DNA from: a virus
Lineage: Duplodnaviria; Caudoviricetes
Length of the DNA: 36,752 nucleotides
Virus record (IMG/VR): IMGVR_UViG_3300037851_000098
Location: 1-36,752 of that record
Reading direction: 5' to 3' (one strand)
This document shows positions 1-7,411 of the stretch, one piece after another (the first letter of the stretch is position 1; every line of letters starts with the position of its first letter). Position numbers and translations under genes: made by a program. Below the pieces are notes generated by a model. It saw only the letters and a program-made list of their open reading frames with translations. It ran no database searches and was not told where the DNA came from.

Positions 1-336
1 GGTGCCACCATCGAAGCCACCACCAGACGGCATTGCATGCTGCACCATCCACGATAGCAGCGTGTTGTGTCTGTCTTCCCACAGCGTGTTGTTGCGCTCT
101 TGGCAATTCTTCACAGCACACAGAAGCGCTGCCATGATCTGGTAGGCTTCTTGCGCTTCGATGTTCTCCACGTCACGCAGCACGCTGTGCGCTTCTTCCA
201 AGCGCACAGCATACTTTGCATGGATGCGCTTCTGGTTCTCTGTGGCGTGCTGCATCACGTCACAATGGTCTACGAAAGATGCGAAAGACAGAGCGCTCTT
301 GAGCGCATCGTGGATGCTGTTTAACTTGCTATACAT
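1..336 (-). CDS. Hypothetical phage protein, 3'-truncated by the window edge (not in the ORF track)
   Basis: ATG at 336 behind ACAAGGAGAACAAGACC; frame is open to base 1 (MYSKLNSIHDALKSALSF...MPSGGGFDGGT). Confidence 0.8.
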   Translation of the reverse strand, partial: MYSKLNSIHDALKSALSFASFVDHCDVMQHATENQKRIHAKYAVRLEEAHSVLRDVENIEAQEAYQIMAALLCAVKNCQERNNTLWEDRHNTLLSWMVQHAMPSGGGFDGGT

Positions 337-354
337 GGTCTTGTTCTCCTTGTC
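334..354 (-). repeat. Start-associated repeat GACAAGGAGAACAAGACCATG
   Basis: 21/21 identical to 1524-1544; variants at 1150-1169 and 2013-2031. Contains the SD AAGGAG and the start ATG. Confidence 0.9.
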
Positions 355-365
355 GTGTGTGTCTC

Positions 366-409
366 GCACACACGCGCGCTTCGTGACCATCACGCGCGCG
401 CGTGTGTGC
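366..409 (-). promoter_or_regulatory. Intergenic hairpin with GA-TGG-TC apex
   Basis: 14-bp stem 366-379/396-409, 5-bp inner stem 382-386/390-394, 3-nt loop; no U-tract. Confidence 0.75.
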
Positions 410-426
410 TCCTGCTCCTGCTCTTG

Positions 427-1152
427 CTAGTAAAGGTGTTCAACGCTGCACCAATAGTTGTCTTCAAGCGCTTGGATGCGCTTGAGGCTTGCCTTGATGG
501 AAGACCGCATGGTGACGATCTGCGCGCGCAGCATCTTGCGCAGCGTGCTGGTGTCGATGCCGTCACAGACGCGCGCGCGCTTGAGCGCTTGCAGTTCAGC
601 ACGAGCGCTCTTGATGTCTTGCGACGTGTTCTTGATGTGCTCGTGCCGTTCTTCGATTTCCTGCTGTGCTCTGTCTCGTGCTTCGTAGTCTCTCGCTTCT
701 TCTGCTACCTTCTCTGCGTATGCATACGCCAAGCGCGCAGCATCCATCTGCGCTTCCATGTAGTCACCCGGCCATGATGTCACACCATCTTGATCTGTGA
801 AGCGCACAGCGGGAATGTAGGCGGTCGTGATCTTGTGCTTGCCCCTGTCCACACAGAAGCGCGCGCGCGTCTTCACCACCACGGGCACCACCACATTGTC
901 ACACCAGCAGTCAGCGTAGAATCCAGTCGCGTCTGCAAGTCTGCTGTGCTCTGCTCGTGCAACATCGTGTGCGTCCACAGCGTCACCAAGAAATCTGTCA
1001 GAGAACAGAGCACCACACCACACGCCGGTCTTCTCGTGTGACCATGAAACGCTGTTCTTGTGGTATCTACTGCGCTTGCCGTACTTGATTTCACGCGCGC
1101 GCTTCTGCTTCTGCTCTGTCGTGTGCTTCTGCGTGTTCTCGTTTGCGTACAT
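427..1152 (-). CDS. Hypothetical protein (241 aa) with C-terminal coiled coil
   Basis: Start moved to ATG 1152 behind ACAAGGAGAAGACATC; heptad-like charged C-terminus. Confidence 0.8.
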   Translation of the reverse strand: MYANENTQKHTTEQKQKRAREIKYGKRSRYHKNSVSWSHEKTGVWCGALFSDRFLGDAVDAHDVARAEHSRLADATGFYADCWCDNVVVPVVVKTRARFCVDRGKHKITTAYIPAVRFTDQDGVTSWPGDYMEAQMDAARLAYAYAEKVAEEARDYEARDRAQQEIEERHEHIKNTSQDIKSARAELQALKRARVCDGIDTSTLRKMLRAQIVTMRSSIKASLKRIQALEDNYWCSVEHLY

Positions 1153-1185
1153 GATGTCTTCTCCTTGTCGTGTGTGTGTTGTGCA

Positions 1186-1220
1186 AGGAGCGCACAACAG
1201 ACCATCTGCTGTGCGCTCCT
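1186..1220 (-). promoter_or_regulatory. Intergenic hairpin with GA-TGG-TC apex
   Basis: AGGAGCGCACA/TGTGCGCTCCT plus CAGA/TCTG; the single mismatch is a G-U pair on the minus-strand RNA. Confidence 0.75.
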
Positions 1221-1229
1221 GTGCTCGTG

Positions 1230-1526
1230 CTACTGCTTCGCTCCTTGCATCCACCGCTGCGCATCGTGTTCTGCTGCTGCGCCACGACTAGACACCACAA
1301 ACGGTCTGCTGTCTCCTGTCCACATGATGTTGCCGAGCGCATCCATCCACACGTCACCATCCACACAGCACAGCACGATTTCATACTTGGTCTTGAGATG
1401 CGCACCACCACAATGCAAGCGCGCGTCACGAGCGCTCGTGCCTTTGCCCCAGTAGTTGGGACGGATGCACAAGAAGGTCGTGTTGCTCTGCGTGGTGGTC
1501 TGCGTGGTGCTCTTGTTCTGTTTCAT
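1230..1526 (-). CDS. Hypothetical protein (98 aa)
   Basis: ATG behind the start-associated repeat with SD AAGGAG. Confidence 0.8.
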   Translation of the reverse strand: MKQNKSTTQTTTQSNTTFLCIRPNYWGKGTSARDARLHCGGAHLKTKYEIVLCCVDGDVWMDALGNIMWTGDSRPFVVSSRGAAAEHDAQRWMQGAKQ

Positions 1527-1589
1527 GGTCTTGTTCTCCTTGTCTGCTTGTGTGTGTCTGCTCTGCTTCTCTGCTCTGCTGCGCTCGTG

Positions 1590-2015
1590 CTACTTGGCAT
1601 CGTTGATTTCAAGCACGCTGTCTGCTCTGCCACACGCCACCAAGAAGCGCACCACGTTGAATCCTTCTTCGTCCATGATGCCAGCATGGAGCGCAGCAGC
1701 ACACGCACCATTCAAGAAGGCAATGGCGTGTGTCTCGTGCTTCTTGGTGCCTTTTCGCAGACCATTCGCTTCTGTGTACTCTGTCCACGTTGAAGACAGA
1801 CGCGCGCGAAGCGCTTGCCATTCTTCGATGCGCTCTTTCCTGCTGCGCTCGTGTGTCTGCTCATGCTCCTGCTGCGTGTTCTCTGCGCTCATGGTCTGCC
1901 ATGCTACAGGGTCAATCGGCTTGATGTTGCTGGCATCGTCTACGATGCCAAGCGCTCTGATCTGCGTGATGGTCTGCTGCTGCGTGCTGCTCTGCGTGCT
2001 GTTCTTGGTGTTCAT
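1590..2015 (-). CDS. Hypothetical protein (141 aa)
   Basis: Start moved to ATG 2015 behind ACAGGAGCACAGACC; T/Q/N-rich N-terminus like its neighbours. Confidence 0.8.
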   Translation of the reverse strand: MNTKNSTQSSTQQQTITQIRALGIVDDASNIKPIDPVAWQTMSAENTQQEHEQTHERSRKERIEEWQALRARLSSTWTEYTEANGLRKGTKKHETHAIAFLNGACAAALHAGIMDEEGFNVVRFLVACGRADSVLEINDAK

Positions 2016-2155
2016 GGTCTGTGCTCCTGTCTTCGTTTGTGTGTGAACACGCGCGCTCTGTGCGCTCGTGCTGTTGATCTGCGCTCCTGTGCGCTTGGTC
2101 AACGATTACGAGTAGACCACGCGCGCGACTGTAGGAGCAAGCACAAATCGTAGCA

Positions 2156-2182
2156 ATCCTAAGATTTCTAACGTGCTGTCAA
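2156..2182 (-). promoter_or_regulatory. Possible sigma70-type promoter for the leftward genes
   Basis: TTGACA (2182-2177), 15-nt spacer, TAGGAT (2161-2156); the spacer is short. Confidence 0.3.
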
Positions 2183-3004
2183 ATAACGTGTTATACGATT
2201 GTTTGAAAATACTTTCGCATCCACCATGCAGAACAACACGTTACGCTGTTTTGATGCTCTTTTTCGCCCGTAAGTGTAGCAAACACACCATCTTACAGCG
2301 TTTTTCGTCGTGAAAAACAGCGTATCATCAATGGAGACATAGACTTACAAGCACCAAAAGCGCTCTGTTTCACCACGCGCTTAACGTGTGCTGCGCACCA
2401 CACACAGCACCAGTAAACACGCAGAGCACAGACGCTGGAAATGCCCATTTGCGCGCGGTCTGTGGCCATCTGGCAGGAATGTCCACTAGTAAGTATACAC
2501 TCTCTATTGCGCTCTGTGTGTAAACTGGATGGTGACAGTAACCACGCCGTAAACACGATCTGCTGTGGTGTCAACTGGACGGTGAACAGATGATCTACTT
2601 GACCGTGAACAGATGGAGCGCTCGTGCTGGTGCTGGTGCTGCGCACAGGAGCGCTCGTGCTGCGTGGTGCTCGTGGTGCGCTCTGGCGTGCTGTGGCGTG
2701 ACGCGGTGGACACCACAAGATGTTGTGGTCTGCCAGTTTCACGAGCAGAGGCTTGCCCATTCTGTGCCATTCCACAAGCGCGCGCTTCGAGATCGTAAGT
2801 TGTTGTGGCACAAGGGGTTGGCCGGGGGTGCGATTGGGATGCTCGACCGTGGCCGGGGGCCTATGTGCTGCCCTGAAGTTTTTATTTTTCCTACCCGGTG
2901 GAGTTATATGGTTTATAGGAAAGTTGATGGTGAACGCTGGAAGTTGAGGAGTGAGAGGGGGATAGGTGTTGACGCGGAGGCATGGATAGGGTGTTTACGT
3001 GTGG

Positions 3005-3017
3005 TAAGTTGTTGATT
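3005..3017 (-). promoter_or_regulatory. IHF consensus site
   Basis: Minus strand AATCAACAACTTA fits WATCAANNNNTTR exactly. Confidence 0.55.
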
Positions 3018-3040
3018 GACAGTGTGTTGAAAATTGGTTC

Positions 3041-3068
3041 TTGACAGTTTTTTTTCGATCTGTAGAAT
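3041..3068 (+). promoter_or_regulatory. Sigma70-type promoter for the packaging and structural genes
   Basis: TTGACA (3041-3046), 16-nt spacer, TAGAAT (3063-3068), about 110 nt upstream of the first rightward gene. Confidence 0.65.
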
Positions 3069-3178
3069 ACCGCAGTTATGAGGGCAGAAAGGGAAGAACC
3101 GTTTACTGAATGGTGCTGCTTGAGTGATGAGGGAGAGGTAAGGGAAGGACGAGAGGAGAGGGAGAAAGAGGGGAGAAG

Positions 3179-3931
3179 GTGATGGAGCGAGAGGTTCAGG
3201 CGGCACGAGAGATCGAGGAAGAACCCACCGTTGAAGGCGCGTCGAAACCTGCGGGCGCGCGAGAAGAATCCGACCAGATGAAGTGTGATGGTGTTCCGAA
3301 GCGAGTTCGGGGCAAGTCTTGGCGTCCGCAGCGGGAGGCGGTACGGGACGCGCACGGGTTGACGGCGGCGATGCGGCAGGCGTTGCCGATCATGGCGACG
3401 TGCAAGAGTCCTCGTGAGGGGATGAAGGTGTTAGGTGAGCGGAGGATAATCCAGAAGCACACCTACTACACGCGCTGGTCGCGCGACCCGCATTGGATAC
3501 GGGCGTTGAACCGGGAGCGGGAGAAGTTCTTGGGGAGTGTGCGGAGGAGAGCGCAGTCGGTTGCCATCCACGAGGTCGAGGCTGCGGTTGAGGCGGTGGT
3601 TGGGATAGCGAAGGGTGAGATCGACGCGAAGCCGGGTCAGTTGGCGGCGTGCATCGAGGTTTGCCGGTTGGCGGGCGTGGACAGGGCGGTCGATCAGGAG
3701 ACAACGGTGAACGTGTTTGCGTTGATGCGGGAGCGCATCACGCAGCAGTTGAACGCATCGAGCGGGGAGCGGATAACGCAGATGGCGTTCGGTGTTCCGG
3801 TGGAGGCGGCAGAGAGTGAGATCGAGCCGGTTGACATCGAGGACATCTCCATCGAGGAGTCGGAGGCGGGCGAGGCGTTGCCGGACGAGGACGAGTTGGA
3901 GGAAGCCGATGCAGCAGAAGCCGGGGGGTAA
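3179..3931 (+). CDS. Probable terminase small subunit
   Basis: Lies upstream of TerL; HTH-like segment (HTYYTRWSRDPHWIRAL), helical middle, acidic tail. Start is GTG 3179 or ATG 3182. Confidence 0.55.
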   Translation: MMEREVQAAREIEEEPTVEGASKPAGAREESDQMKCDGVPKRVRGKSWRPQREAVRDAHGLTAAMRQALPIMATCKSPREGMKVLGERRIIQKHTYYTRWSRDPHWIRALNREREKFLGSVRRRAQSVAIHEVEAAVEAVVGIAKGEIDAKPGQLAACIEVCRLAGVDRAVDQETTVNVFALMRERITQQLNASSGERITQMAFGVPVEAAESEIEPVDIEDISIEESEAGEALPDEDELEEADAAEAGG

Positions 3932-4220
3932 GGCGTTGTTCCGGTACGGGTGCGGGTGCGAGATCGACTTGTCGAGCGGGTTGGTGGCACCGTGCAAGTC
4001 TCACGCGGGGGTTCGGCACACGTCCGAGCCGGGCGCGTGGTGGACGGGCGAGCGGTCGGCGGCGCTGGATGCGGAGGCGCGGGTTGAGGAGGCGCGGGAC
4101 GCGCAGGCGGTACGGGACAGTTCGCCGTGGCTGTGGGTGTTGGGGTGGTTGCTGTGGATGGCGGCGGCGATTGCGGTGATCGTGGGGATGGCGTACTTGT
4201 TCAACGCTGTGGTGGCGTAG
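3909..4220 (+). CDS. Small membrane protein (103 aa) with N-terminal Cys/His cluster
   Basis: ATG 3909 behind GGAGG; CGC...C..H motif; C-terminal hydrophobic helix WLWVLGWLLWMAAAIAVIVGMAYLF. Confidence 0.65.
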   Translation: MQQKPGGKALFRYGCGCEIDLSSGLVAPCKSHAGVRHTSEPGAWWTGERSAALDAEARVEEARDAQAVRDSSPWLWVLGWLLWMAAAIAVIVGMAYLFNAVVA

Positions 4221-4224
4221 GGGC

Positions 4225-5787
4225 ATGGCGAGAGCGGCGGCGAAAGCGCGGCCCGCCGTGCCGGTGTTGCCGGGGGCGCGCATCGCGCGCGAGATACTGG
4301 AAGCAGCGAAGGGGTCGGAGTACGAGGCGCAGCGCATCCTCGAAGCCTCGCGCAAGTTCTCGACCTTGATCGGCGCGGTCGCAAAGGAGATCGCGCCGTT
4401 TGACTTTCAGGCCGAAGTGATCGACGACTGGAGCAGCCGGTTGGTTCACTGGACGAAGCCGCGCCAAGTCGGGGCGTCGTTCACGATGGGCGCGAAGGCG
4501 GTGTCTCACGCCGTCAGCGTGCCGGGGGCGCTCGAACTGTTCACGTCGCTGTCCCTCGAAGATGCGCGCGAGAAGATCGAGTACGCCAAGACGTTCCTTC
4601 AGGCCGTCGAGAAGGTGCCCGGCTGTCCGCAGATCGACCGGGAGAATGTCGGCGGGATTCATCTGACCAACGGGTCGAGACTGCTGGCGGTCTACTACCC
4701 GCGCGGCAAGGCGAAAGCCAATCTGTTCCTCGACGAGTTCGCGCACCATCCCAACGCACGGAAAATCTACCGGGCCTCGACGCCGATCTTGATACTCGGC
4801 GGGCGACTGCTCATGGCCTCGACGGTGATCGCGCGCTCGACGCTGTTCTCGGAGATCAGGCGTGGCGACGGCGGCAAGTACCAGTCCTTCAAGCGCGTCG
4901 AAACGCGGTGGTGGGATTCCCCGATTCACTGCAACGATGTCGCGCTCGCGCGCGTGGAAGCGCCGATGATGGAGGTTGCGGAGCGCGTCGAGAAGTTCGG
5001 CACGGTTGCGCTCAAGGACTTGTACGACGCCATGCCGCAGGACGACTTCCTCTGCGAGTTCGAGTTGCAGGAGATCGGAGAGGAAGATTCGTGGTTGCCG
5101 TGGGAGTTGATTCTGCGATGCACGCCCGCCGCCGACTCTCCCGATCACGTTTCCCCGATGTCGAGCGACGAGTTCATCGACCACGTTCGAGGCGACACGT
5201 CCTCGCGCGTCTACATCGGCTACGATGTCGGGCGCGTGCGCGATGCCGCCGAGTTGAGCGCCATCGTGGTCGGGCATGACGGGCGCGCGCGAGAGATGCA
5301 CGCGGCCACGTTCCACAAGACCGACTTCGACACGCAGGAGCAATACATCACCCGGCTCTTGACGGAGATGCCGCGCTCGTTCATCGCAGGCGACGAGACA
5401 GGCATGGGCCTGATGCTGTTCGAGCGGCTGCGCGCGAAGTTCGGCGGGCACCGCGTCGTGGGCATCAACTTCTCATCGACCATCGACATCCCCATCCGGC
5501 ACCGCGCGCGCGACGGCTCGGCCAAGTTCGTGATGGCGCTCACCCTCAAGGACGCCATGCTCAACGATGAAGTGCGCTGGCAGATCGACGCCCACAAGAA
5601 CATGCAGATGCACAGCGTCCGGCGCGAAGTCACCGAAAGCCTCAACATGGTGTTCCGTGTCGACCACGGCAGCGAAACGCAAAGCGAGCACCACCACCAC
5701 GCAGACGTGTTTTGGGCGCGCGCGATGGCGGTGTGGCGCTGGAAGATGCTCGAAGAACGCAACCGCTTCCGCGTCGAGGTCGTTTGA
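4225..5787 (+). CDS. terL: Terminase large subunit, Mu gp28-like
   Basis: Walker A KPRQVGASF, Walker B LFLDEFAHH, nuclease motifs YIGYDVGR, DETGMG and HADVFWARAMA. Confidence 0.93.
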   Translation: MARAAAKARPAVPVLPGARIAREILEAAKGSEYEAQRILEASRKFSTLIGAVAKEIAPFDFQAEVIDDWSSRLVHWTKPRQVGASFTMGAKAVSHAVSVPGALELFTSLSLEDAREKIEYAKTFLQAVEKVPGCPQIDRENVGGIHLTNGSRLLAVYYPRGKAKANLFLDEFAHHPNARKIYRASTPILILGGRLLMASTVIARSTLFSEIRRGDGGKYQSFKRVETRWWDSPIHCNDVALARVEAPMMEVAERVEKFGTVALKDLYDAMPQDDFLCEFELQEIGEEDSWLPWELILRCTPAADSPDHVSPMSSDEFIDHVRGDTSSRVYIGYDVGRVRDAAELSAIVVGHDGRAREMHAATFHKTDFDTQEQYITRLLTEMPRSFIAGDETGMGLMLFERLRAKFGGHRVVGINFSSTIDIPIRHRARDGSAKFVMALTLKDAMLNDEVRWQIDAHKNMQMHSVRREVTESLNMVFRVDHGSETQSEHHHHADVFWARAMAVWRWKMLEERNRFRVEVV

Positions 5788-5876
5788 GGCTTCGGTACGC
5801 CAACTCCAAAAAATCTGTTGACATTTCAGTAAACAGTACCGGATACACCCTTTCAGCGTGGTAAGCGCATCTCCAA

Positions 5877-5917
5877 GCGGGGCGGGGGTTTCTGGAAACG
5901 GCCAACCCCCGCCTCGC
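5877..5917 (+). promoter_or_regulatory. GC-rich hairpin
   Basis: GCGGGGCGGGGGTT/AACCCCCGCCTCGC, 14 bp with one G-U; an isolated TTGACA lies at 5818-5823 with no clear -10. Confidence 0.6.
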
Positions 5918-5942
5918 TCACCCGACTCTTAGGAGGTTACAC

Positions 5943-6164
5943 ATGACGTTCACGCCGGAATCGGTCAAGCAGTTGGAGGACGCTGGCATCGCTCTCCACA
6001 AGTTCATCGAGGGCCTGACCAACGGTGTCAACTTCGACGATGCCGCCGCCGCGTTCGCACTGGCGATGCAGGCGCAGGGTGTCGTCGACGAGTTTCAGGC
6101 CGACAAGTTCAAGGCGGCTGCGGTTCTGCTCGGCTCCGCGCAGGCGTCGTTCGGCAAGTCGTAG
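5943..6164 (+). CDS. Hypothetical protein (73 aa)
   Basis: SD AGGAGG; codon usage typical of the genome. Confidence 0.85.
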   Translation: MTFTPESVKQLEDAGIALHKFIEGLTNGVNFDDAAAAFALAMQAQGVVDEFQADKFKAAAVLLGSAQASFGKS

Positions 6165-6220
6165 GAGGCGGGAGAACCGGAGGCTGAAGTGACTTTCAGC
6201 AACACCTTCAAGTCGATCTC

Positions 6221-6255
6221 AAGGGCGGGCGTCGTTGCGGCGTTCGCCCTTTTTT
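6221..6255 (+). terminator. Intrinsic terminator
   Basis: Stem AAGGGCGGGCGTCG/CGGCGTTCGCCCTT followed by a T-run. Confidence 0.75.
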
Positions 6256-6296
6256 CTGTTTCGTGCCTGTGGCACGGGGACAACGGAGGCAACACC

Positions 6297-7091
6297 ATGA
6301 GCGTCTACACGGGCGGCTACCCCGTAGCCGACTACGGGCCGAACGATGCGGAGTCTTGGATGTACCCGACATCGCTCGGGATGCCCGCTGGCCCCGCATC
6401 GCCGCCGACGAACTACTACTACTCGAACGGGAAGATCACCGACAACGGCGACGGAACCGCCGATGTGCAGTTCCGGCAGACGGAGATGATTCTGCCCGAA
6501 CCGCCCGGTGGCAACCCGGTGCAGATTCCCTCGTGGCTGAAGTTCGACGCGAGCGCCGAAGTCTCGAAGATGCGAATGGTCGATCTTCCGACCGATCTTG
6601 GCACCATCACCGCCATCAAGGTGCGCGTGGTGTCCATCAGCGCAGGCTTCACGGCGGGCGGCGATCTCTCGTTCCCGGTCACGGTCTACAAGGGTGACGG
6701 CTCGACGGTGATCGGCACCGGCAACCTCACCGTCGCGCGCAACTCGCGCACCAACCCGCTCGGAACCGAAGGCGAAGATCACACGACCGGCGACCTCGAC
6801 GAAATCGAGTTCACCAGTCTCACGGTGTCCGAGTCCGATGTCGGCGCGGGCCTCGTCCTGAAACTCGACTCCACCGACGCGGGCGCGGGATGGGGAACAG
6901 GCACGCCCGAATGGGATGTGCAGGCCGTCGATCTTGTAATCACCTACACCAGCGACACGGTGTTCGAGTCCATCACCGAAGTCGAAAGCCCGATTCGTCC
7001 GGTGGCCTATCTCTACTCGGACAACACGGACTGCGCGCTCGACACGGCAATCAACGATACCGTCGAGTTGACGACGCTCATCATCGACTAG
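6297..7091 (+). CDS. Beta-rich, acidic putative virion protein (264 aa)
   Basis: ATG 6297 behind GGAGG and downstream of the terminator; rich in T/G/D/S. Confidence 0.7.
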   Translation: MSVYTGGYPVADYGPNDAESWMYPTSLGMPAGPASPPTNYYYSNGKITDNGDGTADVQFRQTEMILPEPPGGNPVQIPSWLKFDASAEVSKMRMVDLPTDLGTITAIKVRVVSISAGFTAGGDLSFPVTVYKGDGSTVIGTGNLTVARNSRTNPLGTEGEDHTTGDLDEIEFTSLTVSESDVGAGLVLKLDSTDAGAGWGTGTPEWDVQAVDLVITYTSDTVFESITEVESPIRPVAYLYSDNTDCALDTAINDTVELTTLIID

Positions 7092-7100
7092 GAGGAACCG

Positions 7101-7409
7101 ATGGAACAGGTACGCAAGGGAACAATCGGCAAGACGTTCGATGTCTCGACGGGCTACGACCTCACCGACTGGCTCACGCTGTCGCTGACGTTCGTGAAGC
7201 CGGACGGCGAGACAACGGTTGTGGTCGATGATGGCGACGGCGTGGACGACAGCGGCACGGCGACGGACGGACACGTTCTCTACACCGACCTCACCGGCAT
7301 CTTCGACACGGTGGGGATTTGGAGCGTGTTCGTGACCGTCACCAAGACGGGCCTCACGCTCCCGTCGGCTCCGAGTGCGAAGTTTCAGGTGATCGACGAA
7401 CTCGACTGA
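7101..7409 (+). CDS. Small Ig-like protein resembling the BppU N-terminal domain
   Basis: Pattern FVKPDG...DGHVLY...GIFDTVGIWSVFVTV; SD AGGAGG. Confidence 0.6.
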   Translation: MEQVRKGTIGKTFDVSTGYDLTDWLTLSLTFVKPDGETTVVVDDGDGVDDSGTATDGHVLYTDLTGIFDTVGIWSVFVTVTKTGLTLPSAPSAKFQVIDELD

Positions 7410-7411
7410 CG

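Noticed and set aside
67-2153. Cys/Val/Leu-rich plus-strand ORFs
   Set aside because: Antisense to the four SD-supported minus-strand genes; the composition follows from TG/CT richness.
2293-2811. 172-aa minus ORF and other ORFs in the divergent region
   Set aside because: Low-complexity translation of the local repeats, no SD, and overlap with regulatory-like sites.
6189-6296. Lipoprotein-like N-terminal extension (…LFSVSC) of the 6189 ORF
   Set aside because: The hydrophobic stretch is the translation of the terminator hairpin and T-run; ATG 6297 has its own SD.
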